DNA of 64,000 nt from an uncultured Gammaproteobacteria bacterium (lineage in GTDB: Bacteria; Patescibacteriota; Patescibacteriia; Magasanikbacterales; GWA2-37-8): assembly GCA_964510885.1 (NCBI GenBank), contig CAZEDL010000001.1:64684-128683 (forward strand). Direction: 5' to 3'. Below, piece by piece: positions 37,133 to 48,324 of the stretch. A program made the position numbers and the translations under genes. Every line of letters begins with the position of its first letter. The stretch's first letter is position 1. The notes below the pieces were generated by a model. The model worked only from the letters and a program-made list of their open reading frames with translations, searched no databases and was not told the origin of the DNA.

Positions 37133-38335
37133 ATGCTCGCTAAGCCTGCAAACCCGCGCAAAGTCTATTTGGATCACGCTGCTACTACCCCAACCGACCC
37201 GGCAGTAGTCGCCGCCATGCAGCCCTACTTTGGTGAAATTTTTGGTAATGCTTCATCGCTCTACAGCGCCGGGCAAGCTGCCCACAAGACACTATCAGAG
37301 TGCCGTAAAAAAGTGGCTGAGCTACTTGGCACCGAATCTGACACTATCATTTTCACCGGTGGTGGTAGTGAATCTGATAATCTGGCTATCTATGGCCTGG
37401 CCAGGGCTCATGCTTCCCATGGTAAGCATCTAATTTCCGTAGCCATCGAGCACCATGCCGTTCTATATCCGCTGGAAGACTTGGCAGCAGAAGGCTTTGA
37501 AGTCACCTATATCACACTTGATAGTACCGGCAAGGTTAACCCGGCAGATGTTATAAAAGCCATCCGTCCTGATACCGTCCTCGTCACTATTATGTATGCC
37601 AATAATGAAATTGGCACTATCGAGCCAATTGCCGAAATTGGCAAAGAACTCCTCAAATATCGCCGCGAACACAAAACTGCGTATCCATATTTCCATACCG
37701 ATGCCTGCCAGGCAACTGGATACCTTGATCTGAATGTCGAGCGCCTCCACGTCGACCTCATGACCATCAATGGCAGCAAAATGTATGGGCCAAAAGGGGT
37801 CGGAGCGTTATACATTCGCCGCGGTACCATAATTAAACCGATTATGCGCGGCGGCAGCCAAGAGTCTAAGTTGCGCCCTGGCACCGAAAACACGTCTGGC
37901 ATTGTTGGCCTGACCAAAGCCCTAGAATTAGCTCAGGCTGAAAAAGAAGTTGAAACTAATCGTGTACGTTCACTCAGTCACTATTTCTGGAATGAATTGC
38001 AAAAAAGGGTACCGAATATCTCACTGCACGGCCCAGAGATAGGCGAAAATCGCTTGCCCAACAACCTTAACATCGCTTTTCACGGCCTATCAGCCGAAGC
38101 TTTGCTCTTATACCTCGATAGTATCGGTATCATGTGCTCGGCCGGATCTGCCTGCACAGCCCGTTCAACCAGCGTTTCTCATGTGCTTAAAGCAATCGGG
38201 GTAGGGGACACCGAATGCGAAGCCGCCCTCCGCTTCTCACTCGGTCACCTGACCCAAAAAGAAGACATCGATTACGTGCTCGAACACCTTCCACCCATGG
38301 TAGAGATGCTGCGTCAAGCAGAGAGGCATAAATAA
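37133..38335 (+). CDS. iscS: cysteine desulfurase (NifS/IscS family)
   Basis: VYLDHAATTP, PLP-lysine region and SAGSACT-like C-terminal motif. Start at ATG 37133, after the exonuclease stop. Confidence 0.85.
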   Translation: MLAKPANPRKVYLDHAATTPTDPAVVAAMQPYFGEIFGNASSLYSAGQAAHKTLSECRKKVAELLGTESDTIIFTGGGSESDNLAIYGLARAHASHGKHLISVAIEHHAVLYPLEDLAAEGFEVTYITLDSTGKVNPADVIKAIRPDTVLVTIMYANNEIGTIEPIAEIGKELLKYRREHKTAYPYFHTDACQATGYLDLNVERLHVDLMTINGSKMYGPKGVGALYIRRGTIIKPIMRGGSQESKLRPGTENTSGIVGLTKALELAQAEKEVETNRVRSLSHYFWNELQKRVPNISLHGPEIGENRLPNNLNIAFHGLSAEALLLYLDSIGIMCSAGSACTARSTSVSHVLKAIGVGDTECEAALRFSLGHLTQKEDIDYVLEHLPPMVEMLRQAERHK

Positions 38336-38338
38336 GAC

Positions 38339-38368
38339 AAAAACACCCAGCCTGGAGCTGGGTGTTTT
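38339..38368 (+). terminator. intrinsic terminator
   Basis: aaaacacccagc-ctgga-gctgggtgtttt. Confidence 0.55.
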
Positions 38369-38400
38369 AAATAGTACAGCGTTTACTTTTTTGGCTTAAT

Positions 38401-39084
38401 TTGCTAGGATTAGAGCATATGACTCCTGGCACTCTATTTATTGTAGCAACCCCCATTGGCAATCTCGGTGACATCTCGGCACGCGCTATTACCACGCTAA
38501 AAGAGGCTGATCTCATTCTCTGTGAAGACACCCGGGTAACTAAAAAACTCCTAGAACATTTCGGCATTCTAAACGCTACCGAAAGTTACCATCACCATAG
38601 TGACGTCAAAAAAACCAATCACATTATCGAGCAACTCCTCAACGGTAAAAACCTGGCACTAGTAAGTGACGCCGGAACGCCAGGAATAAGCGACCCAGGC
38701 AACTTGTTAGTAAAAGAAGCGACTGCCAAAAATATTTCAGTGATACCAATCCCCGGAGCCTGCGCTGCTATTGCCGCCCTTAGTATCTCCGGATTTCCAA
38801 CCGATAAATTCTTATTTCTCGGTTTTCCGCCGCACAAAAATAAGCGCCAAAAATTTTTTAAAGAAGCTGCCGCTTCACCAGTCACCGTAGTATTTTACGA
38901 ATCAGGTCATCGCATTAAAAAATGCCTTCAAGAACTTTCGGAAATTTTGTCACCTAATCATAATCTACTAGTGGGGAGGGAGTTAACCAAGAAATTTGAA
39001 ACTGTTTACCGCGGCACTATTGAAACTATTAAAAGTGAAGTTATGGACGAACGGGGGGAATTTGTAATCATAGTCAGCAGATAA
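38401..39084 (+). CDS. rsmI: 16S rRNA (cytidine1402-2'-O)-methyltransferase
   Basis: LFIVATPIGNLGDISARAI...ILCEDTRVTKKLL, tetrapyrrole-methylase fold. Confidence 0.85.
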   Translation: MLGLEHMTPGTLFIVATPIGNLGDISARAITTLKEADLILCEDTRVTKKLLEHFGILNATESYHHHSDVKKTNHIIEQLLNGKNLALVSDAGTPGISDPGNLLVKEATAKNISVIPIPGACAAIAALSISGFPTDKFLFLGFPPHKNKRQKFFKEAAASPVTVVFYESGHRIKKCLQELSEILSPNHNLLVGRELTKKFETVYRGTIETIKSEVMDERGEFVIIVSR

Positions 39085-39098
39085 AAGGTAATGGCCGT

Positions 39099-39806
39099 AT
39101 GAGAAAGTATCTTGATTTTATTTGGGGTGGTCGAGAGCAAGCAGAAGCCCGTCATAAAGCGCCACATGATGTCCTTGAGTACCATACCGAAACATATGAC
39201 CTGGCAATAACAACTGAATTTTTAAATTTTGTCCTGGAACATTTTGATGATATCCAAGATGCGCAAACGTTAGCACTCAAACTCAAAGATCTGATAAATG
39301 ACCCGCGCCATGTTAGCGCTATTGGTGAGCGCTCACAGGGAGGTATTACTATTAGCCCAATTAAAACCGCCGGCTACTCTAAGGCATTTAATGTAGAATT
39401 AGCTGGTCAAAACTTTTTTCTAAAATTTGCAGAGCGCGAATCAAGAAGTCCTATAGTTGCCGGTGGCGCCAAAGAATTCGCTGACACCATGGGCGCTGCA
39501 GAAGACCCAGTCGTTGAAGCTATTTTAGCTAAATATAAAGCGCAAATTAACAAACCGCTCCTTGGATACAGCGACGCCTCCATCAATTACTTCGTTACCC
39601 GCTCAGTAAACTTAAAACCTCTTGACGCCTTAGGTGCATCCTTCCCAACACTTAAAGCCACAAATGAATTCTCTCGGCGGTGGTTAGCGTTAAGTCAAGA
39701 GTTAGAAAAACAAGGTTATGATGACATAAAACCATGGAATATGTTTTACGATAACACCACCGATACTATTGTCTTATTTGATATTTCAAAAAAAACCAAG
39801 CGCTGA
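39099..39806 (+). CDS. hypothetical protein
   Basis: 235-aa ORF. No motif recognised with confidence. Confidence 0.4.
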   Translation: MRKYLDFIWGGREQAEARHKAPHDVLEYHTETYDLAITTEFLNFVLEHFDDIQDAQTLALKLKDLINDPRHVSAIGERSQGGITISPIKTAGYSKAFNVELAGQNFFLKFAERESRSPIVAGGAKEFADTMGAAEDPVVEAILAKYKAQINKPLLGYSDASINYFVTRSVNLKPLDALGASFPTLKATNEFSRRWLALSQELEKQGYDDIKPWNMFYDNTTDTIVLFDISKKTKR

Positions 39807-39810
39807 ATGT

Positions 39811-41349
39811 ATGAATAAACCAAACATCTATTTTCTCACCACTGCCATTCCCTACGCCAACGCCGAACCGCATATCGGCTTCGCCTTAGAAATTCTCTAT
39901 GCCGATGTCATGGCCCGCTATCAGCGCCTGCTTGGCAAAGAGGTGTATTTCCTAACTGGCACCGACGAACACGGGCAAAAAGTCATGAAAACTGCCCGCG
40001 AATACGGCCTCACTGCAGCAGATTACGCCAGTAAAATGTCTGCCTTATTTCAAAATCTGGCGGATCAATGGAACATTAGCAATAATGATTTTATTCGCAC
40101 CACCGAGGAGCGCCATATCGAACGCGCCCAGGCTTTTTGGAAAGCCGTTGAAACCACCGGTGATATTTACAAAAAAGCTTACACCGGCCTCTATTGCGTG
40201 GGCTGTGAAGCCTTCAAAACTGAAAAAGATTTAGTAGATGGCAAATGTCCAGATCACCAGCGTGTTCCAGAATTACTAACCGAGGAAAATTATTTTTTCC
40301 GACTATCTCGCTACCAAGAGCCTTTAGAATTTTTATTCGAACAAAATAAAAATTTTGTCTATCCCGAAAGCAAATACCACGAAATGCTGAACATGCTGAA
40401 AAGCGGGCTCGAAGATGTTAGTATCTCGCGTGTAGCTGAAAAACTCCCGTGGGGAGTACCCGTGCCAGGGGATTCATCACAGGTCATGTATGTCTGGTTC
40501 GATGCGCTAACGAATTATATTACTGCTCTTGGCTACGGCTCAAAAGACGACAACCTGTTCAAAAAATTCTGGCCTGGCATCAACATGGTCGGCAAAGAAA
40601 TTAACCGCTTTCACTCACTGCTCTGGCCAGCGATGCTACTCAGTGCCGGTGTAGATATTCCGAAGCAGATAGCTGTCCACGGCTGGATCACCGTCGATGG
40701 CCAAAAAATGAGCAAATCAGTCGGCAATGTTATTAACCCGCTCGAACTAATTGAAATGTATCCGCTCGAAGCCGTGAGGTACTTCTTGATGCGTGAAATC
40801 CCCTTTGATAATGACGGTGATTTTTCACATACCAAATTCAAAGACCGCTACACCGGTGATTTGGCCAATGGTATCGGCAACCTAACTAACCGCGTACTGA
40901 CCATGATCGAAAAATATGCCGATAATAAAGTGCCGCCGGTGACCGAAGTCAACCAATCGCTTATTTCGTACCTAGCGGAAACCGTTTGGCCTGCCTACAC
41001 CGTCGCCATGGAACGCTGGCGCTTTGACCTGGCACTCGATGCCTGTGCCAAATTTATTACCCACTGCGACCAGCTTATTTCCGACACTGAACCGTGGAAA
41101 TTAGCCAAAGCAGGGGAGATGGGTAAAGTCCATAATCTGCTCTATCACCTGGCCGAAGCCTTGCGCCATATTGCCATTATGCTATGGCCGGTGATGCCAG
41201 AAACTGCCGAAAAAATACTCGTTCAACTCGGTCTTGACCCGGCCACAGAGAACAAGAAACCATTAGCCGATTTGCAACAATGGGTAGAATTAATTGTGGG
41301 AAATAAAATTGATAAGCAAGCCATGCTTTTCCCGCGTCTTGAAAAATAA
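39811..41349 (+). CDS. metG: methionyl-tRNA synthetase
   Basis: PYANAEPHIGF (HIGH region), KMSKSVGN and an anticodon-binding domain. Start placed at ATG 39811. Confidence 0.9.
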   Translation: MNKPNIYFLTTAIPYANAEPHIGFALEILYADVMARYQRLLGKEVYFLTGTDEHGQKVMKTAREYGLTAADYASKMSALFQNLADQWNISNNDFIRTTEERHIERAQAFWKAVETTGDIYKKAYTGLYCVGCEAFKTEKDLVDGKCPDHQRVPELLTEENYFFRLSRYQEPLEFLFEQNKNFVYPESKYHEMLNMLKSGLEDVSISRVAEKLPWGVPVPGDSSQVMYVWFDALTNYITALGYGSKDDNLFKKFWPGINMVGKEINRFHSLLWPAMLLSAGVDIPKQIAVHGWITVDGQKMSKSVGNVINPLELIEMYPLEAVRYFLMREIPFDNDGDFSHTKFKDRYTGDLANGIGNLTNRVLTMIEKYADNKVPPVTEVNQSLISYLAETVWPAYTVAMERWRFDLALDACAKFITHCDQLISDTEPWKLAKAGEMGKVHNLLYHLAEALRHIAIMLWPVMPETAEKILVQLGLDPATENKKPLADLQQWVELIVGNKIDKQAMLFPRLEK

Positions 41350-41357
41350 ACCAATCT

Positions 41358-41381
41358 CTCATTCCCGCAGTGTCGGGAATG
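41358..41381. repeat. solo hairpin of the same repeat family
   Basis: CTCATTCCCGCAGTGTCGGGAATG. Confidence 0.5.
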
Positions 41382-41421
41382 TAATAATCCAACGCTTTAC
41401 TTAATTTTTAAAAAGGAGCAT

Positions 41422-42087
41422 ATGGTCACAGCGGATCTAATCATACTAGCCGTTATCATACTATTTGGGTACCTCGGTTTTAAAACCGGACTGATTCACG
41501 CCCTCGGATCACTGGTCGGTACGATTCTTGGCATTTATTTAGCCGGCCATTATTACGAACAGCTTACTAAATTGCTGGTGGATTTCACTGACTGGAACCC
41601 TAATTTCGTGCGTGTCCTCGTGTTTGTTCTAATATTTTTTATCAGCAATCGCCTGATTGGAATCACTTTTTGGGGCATCGGGAAAATTTTTACCATCGTG
41701 TCGGCTGTGCCGTTTCTCGGGGCAGTTGATAAGCTGCTCGGTGGTATTCTGGGGTTGCTAGAGGGGATTATACTAGTTGGGATTGCCATTTTCTTTATTA
41801 CTAAATTTCCGCCGTCGCCGCGCATCATGGATAATTTAGATAAATCAAAGACCGCTCCGCCGGTGGTGCAATTTACCAAGTTCTTATGGCCGCTTTTGCC
41901 GAAAGAATTGGTAAATCTAGTCAATGAATTTTCCGGTTTTTCACTGCCGCAGAGTTTTGATATGCCGAAATTCCCGCCCGGAATTTCTTTCCCAAAAAAT
42001 ATCAATGATTTAAAAAATTTCAAATTTCCAGCTAATTTCTCTTATCCTGGTGCGAACTCAACTTCCACCGCCACCAGCACCCAATAA
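41422..42087 (+). CDS. CvpA-family membrane protein with PxxP-rich C-terminal tail
   Basis: N-terminal DLIILAVIILFGYLGFKTGLIHALGSLVG resembles CvpA. Four TM helices. Confidence 0.5.
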   Translation: MVTADLIILAVIILFGYLGFKTGLIHALGSLVGTILGIYLAGHYYEQLTKLLVDFTDWNPNFVRVLVFVLIFFISNRLIGITFWGIGKIFTIVSAVPFLGAVDKLLGGILGLLEGIILVGIAIFFITKFPPSPRIMDNLDKSKTAPPVVQFTKFLWPLLPKELVNLVNEFSGFSLPQSFDMPKFPPGISFPKNINDLKNFKFPANFSYPGANSTSTATSTQ

Positions 42088-42092
42088 ATTCT

Positions 42093-42950
42093 ATGCTTAT
42101 CGACACCCACTGTCACGTTCATTTTAAAGCGTTTGAACAAGATGGCGCCGCCGTGATTGCCGCTACCCGGGCCAAGGGTGTCATTATGAATCTAGTGGGA
42201 ACCCAGCGTGATACCAGTAAAAATGGAGTTGATTTTGCCAGTCGATACGAGGGTTGCTATGCCAGTGTTGGGCTTCATCCCGTACACTTATTTTCCCAGC
42301 ACATCGATGAAGAAGAATCATCTTTTAATACTCGCGAAGAATCGTTTGATTACGATTTCTACAAACAGCTAGCACTGCATCCTAAAACAATTGCGATTGG
42401 GGAGTGCGGGCTTGACCTCTACCGATTACCACCCGATCTTTCGTCAGCAGCCGTACTTCAAAAGCAACAAGCTGTCTTTCGAGATCATTTCCGGTTGGCT
42501 GTTGAAACTAATTTACCGCTTGCCATTCACGTGCGCGACGCCTACCCCGAGATGATTGCGCTCCTGAAAGAGTTGATGGAGGAATATAACCAAACTTCTC
42601 TTCGCTCTGTTATTCACTGCTATATCGGCAATTGGGAGTACGCGCAAGAATTTTTAAAACTCGGCTCATACCTTGGTTTTACCGGCATTATTACTTTTCC
42701 ACCCAAAAAAAGTGACCCTGCCGCTCAAGCGGCACTGCTTGAAGTCGTAAAAAACTGTCCACTTGACCGAATGGTATTAGAAACCGATTCACCCTATCTA
42801 GCGCCCATTCCATTTCGTGGCAAACGAGCTGAACCGTGGATGGTACTGGAAGTCGCTAAAAAAATTGCCGCTATTAAAAATCTGACCACCGCAGAAGTAA
42901 CGGAGGCAACCACTGCTAACGCACGCCGACTCTTTTCTAAAATTTCCTAA
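42093..42950 (+). CDS. tatD: TatD-family metal-dependent hydrolase
   Basis: MLIDTHCHV, GECGLD and downstream His/Asp ligands. Confidence 0.85.
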   Translation: MLIDTHCHVHFKAFEQDGAAVIAATRAKGVIMNLVGTQRDTSKNGVDFASRYEGCYASVGLHPVHLFSQHIDEEESSFNTREESFDYDFYKQLALHPKTIAIGECGLDLYRLPPDLSSAAVLQKQQAVFRDHFRLAVETNLPLAIHVRDAYPEMIALLKELMEEYNQTSLRSVIHCYIGNWEYAQEFLKLGSYLGFTGIITFPPKKSDPAAQAALLEVVKNCPLDRMVLETDSPYLAPIPFRGKRAEPWMVLEVAKKIAAIKNLTTAEVTEATTANARRLFSKIS

Positions 42951-42970
42951 TTCTGATAATCAGCCAACCT

Positions 42971-45664
42971 ATGTCCGATCAGTTTAAAACATCTTCCGCC
43001 ACCTGGCACAGTCTTGCCGCAGCCGATGTTTTAAAACAGCTTGCATCGCATAGTGACGTCGGCCTTGATTCGACCGAGGCTGGTAAACGCCTCGCCACCT
43101 ATGGCTTTAATGAATTACAGGGTGGCAAAAAAATTTTAGCGCTTGGCCTTCTAATCGAACAATTTAAAAATGTACTCATTTTAATTTTACTCGGAGCCAG
43201 CCTGGTTTCAGGATTTCTGGGGCATGGTCTCGAAGCTGTGGCTATCGCCGTAATTGTACTATTTGCGGTACTGCTCGGTTTTATTCAGGAATATCGGGCC
43301 GAAAAAGCTATCGATTCTTTGAAAAAAATGGCGGCTCCAACTGCCCTTGTCCTACGAAATGGAGAGGAGCAAGAAGTTCCGGCCAAAGAATTAGTCTCTG
43401 GGGATATCATCATTATTGCCACCGGCGACAAAATTCCAGCTGATGCCCGACTTATCCAAGCCGTGAATTTAAAAATTGAAGAAGCTGCACTTACCGGTGA
43501 ATCAATCGCCGTCGAAAAAAATACTGCCGCAATCAGTGATCTCAATGCCCCGCTTGGTGATCGTAAAAATCTGGTATTTTCTGGAACGTCTGCCACCTAT
43601 GGAAGGGGGCTAGCCGTAGTAGTTGCGACCGGTATGGCAACTGAATTTGGTAAAATTGCCCACCTGCTGCAATCGGTGGAGAGTGCTCCCACCCCGCTCC
43701 AGCAAAACTTAGATAAAGTCGGAAAAAATTTAGCCAAAATTGCCTTCGTACTTGTAATAGTAGTGGTCGGTCTTGGTCTCATGCGGGGTCAACCATTCTT
43801 GGAACTATTTATTTTCGGAATTGCGCTCGCTGTCGCGGTGGTTCCAGAGGCATTGCCTGCCGTAGTCACCATTTCTCTCGCCATCGGCGTGCAACGTATG
43901 GTGCAACGCAACGCATTAGTGCGTCGTCTGCCTGCCGTGGAAACACTTGGTGCCACCACTATTATTTGCTCCGACAAAACCGGCACTCTGACCAAAGATG
44001 AAATGACAGTGCGAAAAATTCTATTACCCGATGTGGGAATTATTGAAGTTTCCGGCAGTGGCTATGAACCACGGGGTTCTTTCACCCTGAATAAGGGCAG
44101 TTGGCAACCAACTGATCAGCTGAAAAACCTGCTTCAAGCCGCGGCCCTGTCATCAGATGCACATATCAAACAACATGAAGGTCAGTGGGAAGTAAGTGGC
44201 GACCCAACCGAAGGCGCCCTAGTGGTAGCAGCTGCCAAAACTGGACTTGATAAATCAGTCCTTGATACCGAATATGTCCGGGTAGCCGAGATACCTTTTA
44301 GCTCCGAAACAAAGCGAATGACTACGCTTCATCGCTATGGAAACAATTATCATATTTACAGCAAAGGTGCGGTAGAAGTAATTTTAAATTCATGCACCCA
44401 CAGCCTAGAAAATTCCGCTAGAAAGCCACTTGACCAAGCGGCTCGAGAAAAAATTATTAATACCGCCGAATTACTCTCCGGCGAAGCCTTGCGCGTCATA
44501 GCTGTTGCAATAGGTAGCTCTGAAACGGAAAATATTCGTGACACCGAGCTTACCTTTCTCGGATTGTTCGGCATGATTGATCCGCCCCGCCCCGAAGCTA
44601 AAGCTGCTATTGAGACCTGCAAACAAGCCGGTATTAAACTAGCCATGATCACCGGCGATCACCCTACGACTGCCCGCGCTATTGCTACGGAGCTTGGCCT
44701 TATGTCGCCTGGTGGGCGTGTGGTGATTGGGTCGGAGCTCGAAAATATAAATGATCAAGAATTAGAAGCTGATATCGAAACCATTTCTGTCTTTGCTCGC
44801 GTGTCACCGGCTCATAAATTACGCATCGTGAGCGTGCTCCAAAAAAATGGCCATATTGTAGCTATGACTGGTGACGGAGTGAACGATGCTCCTGCTCTCA
44901 AAAAAGCCGACATCGGCATTGCCATGGGCATAGCCGGCACTGACGTTAGTAAAGAAGCGGCCGACATGATGTTAACCAACGATAATTTTGCCTCCATCGT
45001 CGCTGCCGTCGAAGAAGGGCGAATTATTTTTGGAAATATCAAAAAATATTTAATGTACCTGTTATCTTCAAATATTGGTGAAATGGGCTTGATGATCGGC
45101 GCCAGCCTGCTCGGATTGCCACTACCACTCAGTGCCGTACAAATCCTCTACGTAAATTTAGCCACCGATGGCCTGCCTGCGCTGGCTCTAGCCGTTGACC
45201 CACCTGCTAAAGATATTATGAACGAGCCACCACGTACCACCAAAAATGGTATTTTCACTCGCCCGGTTATTTCGCTTATCACCGTTGGTGGACTGGTTTC
45301 AACCACTTTGAACCTCGGGTTATTCATCTGGGCCTACAACTCGGGCCGCACCGCCGCCGAAGCTATGACCATGGTATTTGTCTCTCTCGTCTTAATTCAA
45401 TTCTTTAAAGCCTACAGCTTCCGCTCTGAACGCCATTCTATTGTTAGCGGCTTTTTTAGCAATAAATGGCTTAACCGCGCCGTTGCTTGGGAGCTCTTAT
45501 TGCTTATAGCCATTATCTATGTCCCGTTCCTCCAGAAACCCTTTAACACCTTTGCCTTAACAGTAAGCGATTGGCTAATAGCTATCGGCACAGCCTGTCT
45601 GGTAGTTCCTGCCCTTGAGATTGCCAAATATATCAGCCGGCAACACACTCGCCACAAAATTTAA
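42971..45664 (+). CDS. cation-transporting P-type ATPase (type II, Ca2+/Mg2+-like)
   Basis: [35 protein letters not shown] and 10 TM helices. Confidence 0.85.
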   Translation: MSDQFKTSSATWHSLAAADVLKQLASHSDVGLDSTEAGKRLATYGFNELQGGKKILALGLLIEQFKNVLILILLGASLVSGFLGHGLEAVAIAVIVLFAVLLGFIQEYRAEKAIDSLKKMAAPTALVLRNGEEQEVPAKELVSGDIIIIATGDKIPADARLIQAVNLKIEEAALTGESIAVEKNTAAISDLNAPLGDRKNLVFSGTSATYGRGLAVVVATGMATEFGKIAHLLQSVESAPTPLQQNLDKVGKNLAKIAFVLVIVVVGLGLMRGQPFLELFIFGIALAVAVVPEALPAVVTISLAIGVQRMVQRNALVRRLPAVETLGATTIICSDKTGTLTKDEMTVRKILLPDVGIIEVSGSGYEPRGSFTLNKGSWQPTDQLKNLLQAAALSSDAHIKQHEGQWEVSGDPTEGALVVAAAKTGLDKSVLDTEYVRVAEIPFSSETKRMTTLHRYGNNYHIYSKGAVEVILNSCTHSLENSARKPLDQAAREKIINTAELLSGEALRVIAVAIGSSETENIRDTELTFLGLFGMIDPPRPEAKAAIETCKQAGIKLAMITGDHPTTARAIATELGLMSPGGRVVIGSELENINDQELEADIETISVFARVSPAHKLRIVSVLQKNGHIVAMTGDGVNDAPALKKADIGIAMGIAGTDVSKEAADMMLTNDNFASIVAAVEEGRIIFGNIKKYLMYLLSSNIGEMGLMIGASLLGLPLPLSAVQILYVNLATDGLPALALAVDPPAKDIMNEPPRTTKNGIFTRPVISLITVGGLVSTTLNLGLFIWAYNSGRTAAEAMTMVFVSLVLIQFFKAYSFRSERHSIVSGFFSNKWLNRAVAWELLLLIAIIYVPFLQKPFNTFALTVSDWLIAIGTACLVVPALEIAKYISRQHTRHKI

Positions 45665-45713
45665 AACCCTTATACAGCGAGAAAAAGCATCCACAAACCA
45701 GTTAAAAAATATC

Positions 45714-45742
45714 TTGACGCAGAGGTAATTTTGCTCTACAAT
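45714..45742 (+). promoter_or_regulatory. sigma-70-like promoter of the atp operon
   Basis: TTGACG, 17-nt spacer, TACAAT. The track TTG start at 45731 lies inside this promoter. Confidence 0.5.
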
Positions 45743-45751
45743 AGGGGCCTT

Positions 45752-46045
45752 ATGGATGAATTCAACAAGCCACTACCGAAATCAACCATCGTTCCAGATG
45801 AAGAGCGAAGGTATTATATGTTTGCCTTAAAAATTGTCGGTGATTTCGGTGCTGCCATTGCTGTACCCGTAGCAATTCTGTCTTATCTCGGCAAGCGCCT
45901 CGATGCTCGTTTCAATAGCGATCCCTATCTACTCATTACCGGTTTTGTCCTGGCTGCCGTGTTTTCTGGTTTTATTATTTTCAAAAAAACGAAGCAATAC
46001 GGCAAACAGTACGAAGCCATGACCAAACAATCTAAAAAACCATAA
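45752..46045 (+). CDS. AtpI/AtpZ-like small membrane protein preceding atpB
   Basis: Two TM helices. Position and size typical of ATP synthase protein I. Start uncertain (ATG 45752 or 45818). Confidence 0.4.
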   Translation: MDEFNKPLPKSTIVPDEERRYYMFALKIVGDFGAAIAVPVAILSYLGKRLDARFNSDPYLLITGFVLAAVFSGFIIFKKTKQYGKQYEAMTKQSKKP

Positions 46046-46060
46046 TTCCGACGTACATCT

Positions 46061-46843
46061 ATGGCCCTTCATATTCCTACCCTCGCGCCTGAAGCACTAT
46101 TTCATATTGGCCCGGTCACTATTACCAACACTCTAGTGAATGCTTGGCTCGCCCTACTCATCCTGCTTGCTGTTGGGCTCTACCTTCGTAAACAGATCAG
46201 CCTTCGCCCTGGCAAAGTCCAGAACACAGTGGAATTTTTTCTTGATATTTTACTTGGTTACTTTGATCAAGTTACCGGCGACCGTAAAAAAACGTTAAGT
46301 TTTTTGCCAGTCGTTGGTCCTATCTTCTTTTTCATCCTGCTATCAAACTGGCTCGGACTGCTCCCTGGCACCGGCAGTATTACGGTTGGCCATAATTTCT
46401 TACTGCGTCCTGCCAATACCGACCTCAACCTCACTATAGCCATGGCATTGGTCACAGTAGTTTCTTCACACTTATTTGGTTTTTTTACCGTCGGCTTCTT
46501 TACCCACGTCAATAAATTCATTCAGGTAAAATCTCTGCTTAAGAGCTTTAAAAAAGGCCCTATCGGAATTTTTCAAGGCGTGGTTGAATTTGCTGTTGGT
46601 TTGATCGAAGTTGTCAGCGAGCTGTCCAAAGTCTTATCACTGTCACTGCGTTTATTTGGTAATATTTTTGCCGGTGAAGTTCTGCTAACTGTTATTTATA
46701 GCATCGTGGCTATTGCAGTGCCCACCCCCTTTATGCTGCTCGAATTACTCGTTGGCCTTATCCAGGCCAGCGTGTTTGCTATTTTAGCCCTGGTGTATAT
46801 GACGGTCGCCTCGGCCGCCCCGCATGGGGACGAAGCTCATTAA
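46061..46843 (+). CDS. atpB: F0F1 ATP synthase subunit a
   Basis: LSLRLFGNIFAGEVLL motif with the conserved Arg. Confidence 0.85.
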   Translation: MALHIPTLAPEALFHIGPVTITNTLVNAWLALLILLAVGLYLRKQISLRPGKVQNTVEFFLDILLGYFDQVTGDRKKTLSFLPVVGPIFFFILLSNWLGLLPGTGSITVGHNFLLRPANTDLNLTIAMALVTVVSSHLFGFFTVGFFTHVNKFIQVKSLLKSFKKGPIGIFQGVVEFAVGLIEVVSELSKVLSLSLRLFGNIFAGEVLLTVIYSIVAIAVPTPFMLLELLVGLIQASVFAILALVYMTVASAAPHGDEAH

Positions 46844-46904
46844 TTAGCTTCTTCGATTTAGTATCGTGTCGACCATTCTAAATCGATATGTTAATTAAAG
46901 GTGA

Positions 46905-47219
<315 letters not shown>

Positions 47220-47289
47220 AGACCAATCGATCGGATATGGATAGGGCCATGTCCGATTATCTTGGATTATTTAAGTTTACGATAGTAGT

Positions 47290-47928
47290 ATGACATTAAA
47301 TATTTTTGATACCGCCCACGCCATGACCGCGCCTGTTTCCAAAGAGTCTCTTCCGGCCGAACACACCGCGCCTGCCGGAGAGCACAGTGCAGTTACCACG
47401 CATGGAACTGCTCCTGCAGAAACCGGTCTGTTAGCCTCACTTGGAATTAACCCTAGCCTATTTGCCTTCCAGCTGATCAACTTTTTGATTGTTATCGGCA
47501 TTGTCTGGTTTGTTATCTTGAAGCCATTAACAACCAAGATGACCGACCGTCAAAAAATGATCGATGACAGCCTAGATCAAGCGGAAAAAATCAAAGACCG
47601 CCTCGTTAAAAGCGATCAAGAATATCAGGTCAAAATGGATCAGGCAAAAGTTGAAGCCAATAAAATCCTAGAAAAAGCAACCAGCGAAGCCGATGCTACA
47701 GCTGCCGCGCTTAAAGTTAAGGCCAAAAAAGATATTGAAGCGCTTATCGATCAGGCCAAACGAAATTTGCAAATTGAACGCGATGATATGATGGCTGGCA
47801 TTAAAAAGGAAGCGGCAGATTTAGTGGTAATGGCCTTGGAGAAAATTCTGATTGAAAAAAATACTAGCACCGAAGACAAAAGAAATATTGAAACAATGCT
47901 GAAACAAATCTCGTATGAAAGCAAATAG
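47290..47928 (+). CDS. atpF: F0F1 ATP synthase subunit b, with N-terminal extension
   Basis: TM helix LINFLIVIGIVWFVIL followed by a long coiled coil. Confidence 0.75.
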   Translation: MTLNIFDTAHAMTAPVSKESLPAEHTAPAGEHSAVTTHGTAPAETGLLASLGINPSLFAFQLINFLIVIGIVWFVILKPLTTKMTDRQKMIDDSLDQAEKIKDRLVKSDQEYQVKMDQAKVEANKILEKATSEADATAAALKVKAKKDIEALIDQAKRNLQIERDDMMAGIKKEAADLVVMALEKILIEKNTSTEDKRNIETMLKQISYESK

Positions 47929-48298
47929 TTCTGTACAATACGCCCACGCCTTGTACGAGCTAAGTCAAAAGACTAGCGACAGTGCAATCTTGGTGGCCAA
48001 TCTTGTCAGCAGCCTGAGGAGTAAACATGCCCTGAACCTTCTACCCAAGATTTTAAAAGAATTCGAGGCCTACGCTGCCAAACGAGATGGAATCATCGCC
48101 TTGAAAGTAGAGAGCGCGAACCCGCTTACCGCCGACATGACAGCAGAAATCAATCGCATCTTCGGGGGCAAAACGGCCATCACCGCCACCACCGATGAAA
48201 GTCTGATCGGAGGGGTAATAGTTAAAACCGACGACATGATCTTTGACGGCAGCATCAAAAAACAGTTAACTCGCCTCAAACATAAATTGGCCGCCTAA
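47915..48298 (+). CDS. atpH: F0F1 ATP synthase subunit delta (short, 127 aa)
   Basis: C-terminal OSCP-like ...LIGGVIVKTDDMIFDGSIKKQL. The N-terminal domain is shortened. Confidence 0.7.
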   Translation: MKANSSVQYAHALYELSQKTSDSAILVANLVSSLRSKHALNLLPKILKEFEAYAAKRDGIIALKVESANPLTADMTAEINRIFGGKTAITATTDESLIGGVIVKTDDMIFDGSIKKQLTRLKHKLAA

Positions 48299-48324
48299 CC
48301 CTTAGCCATTGAAACTTATATTGT

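Noticed and set aside
45731-45751. TTG start of the track ORF 45731-46045
   Set aside because: The TTG lies inside the -10 region of the predicted atp promoter. Translation more plausibly starts at ATG 45752 or 45818.
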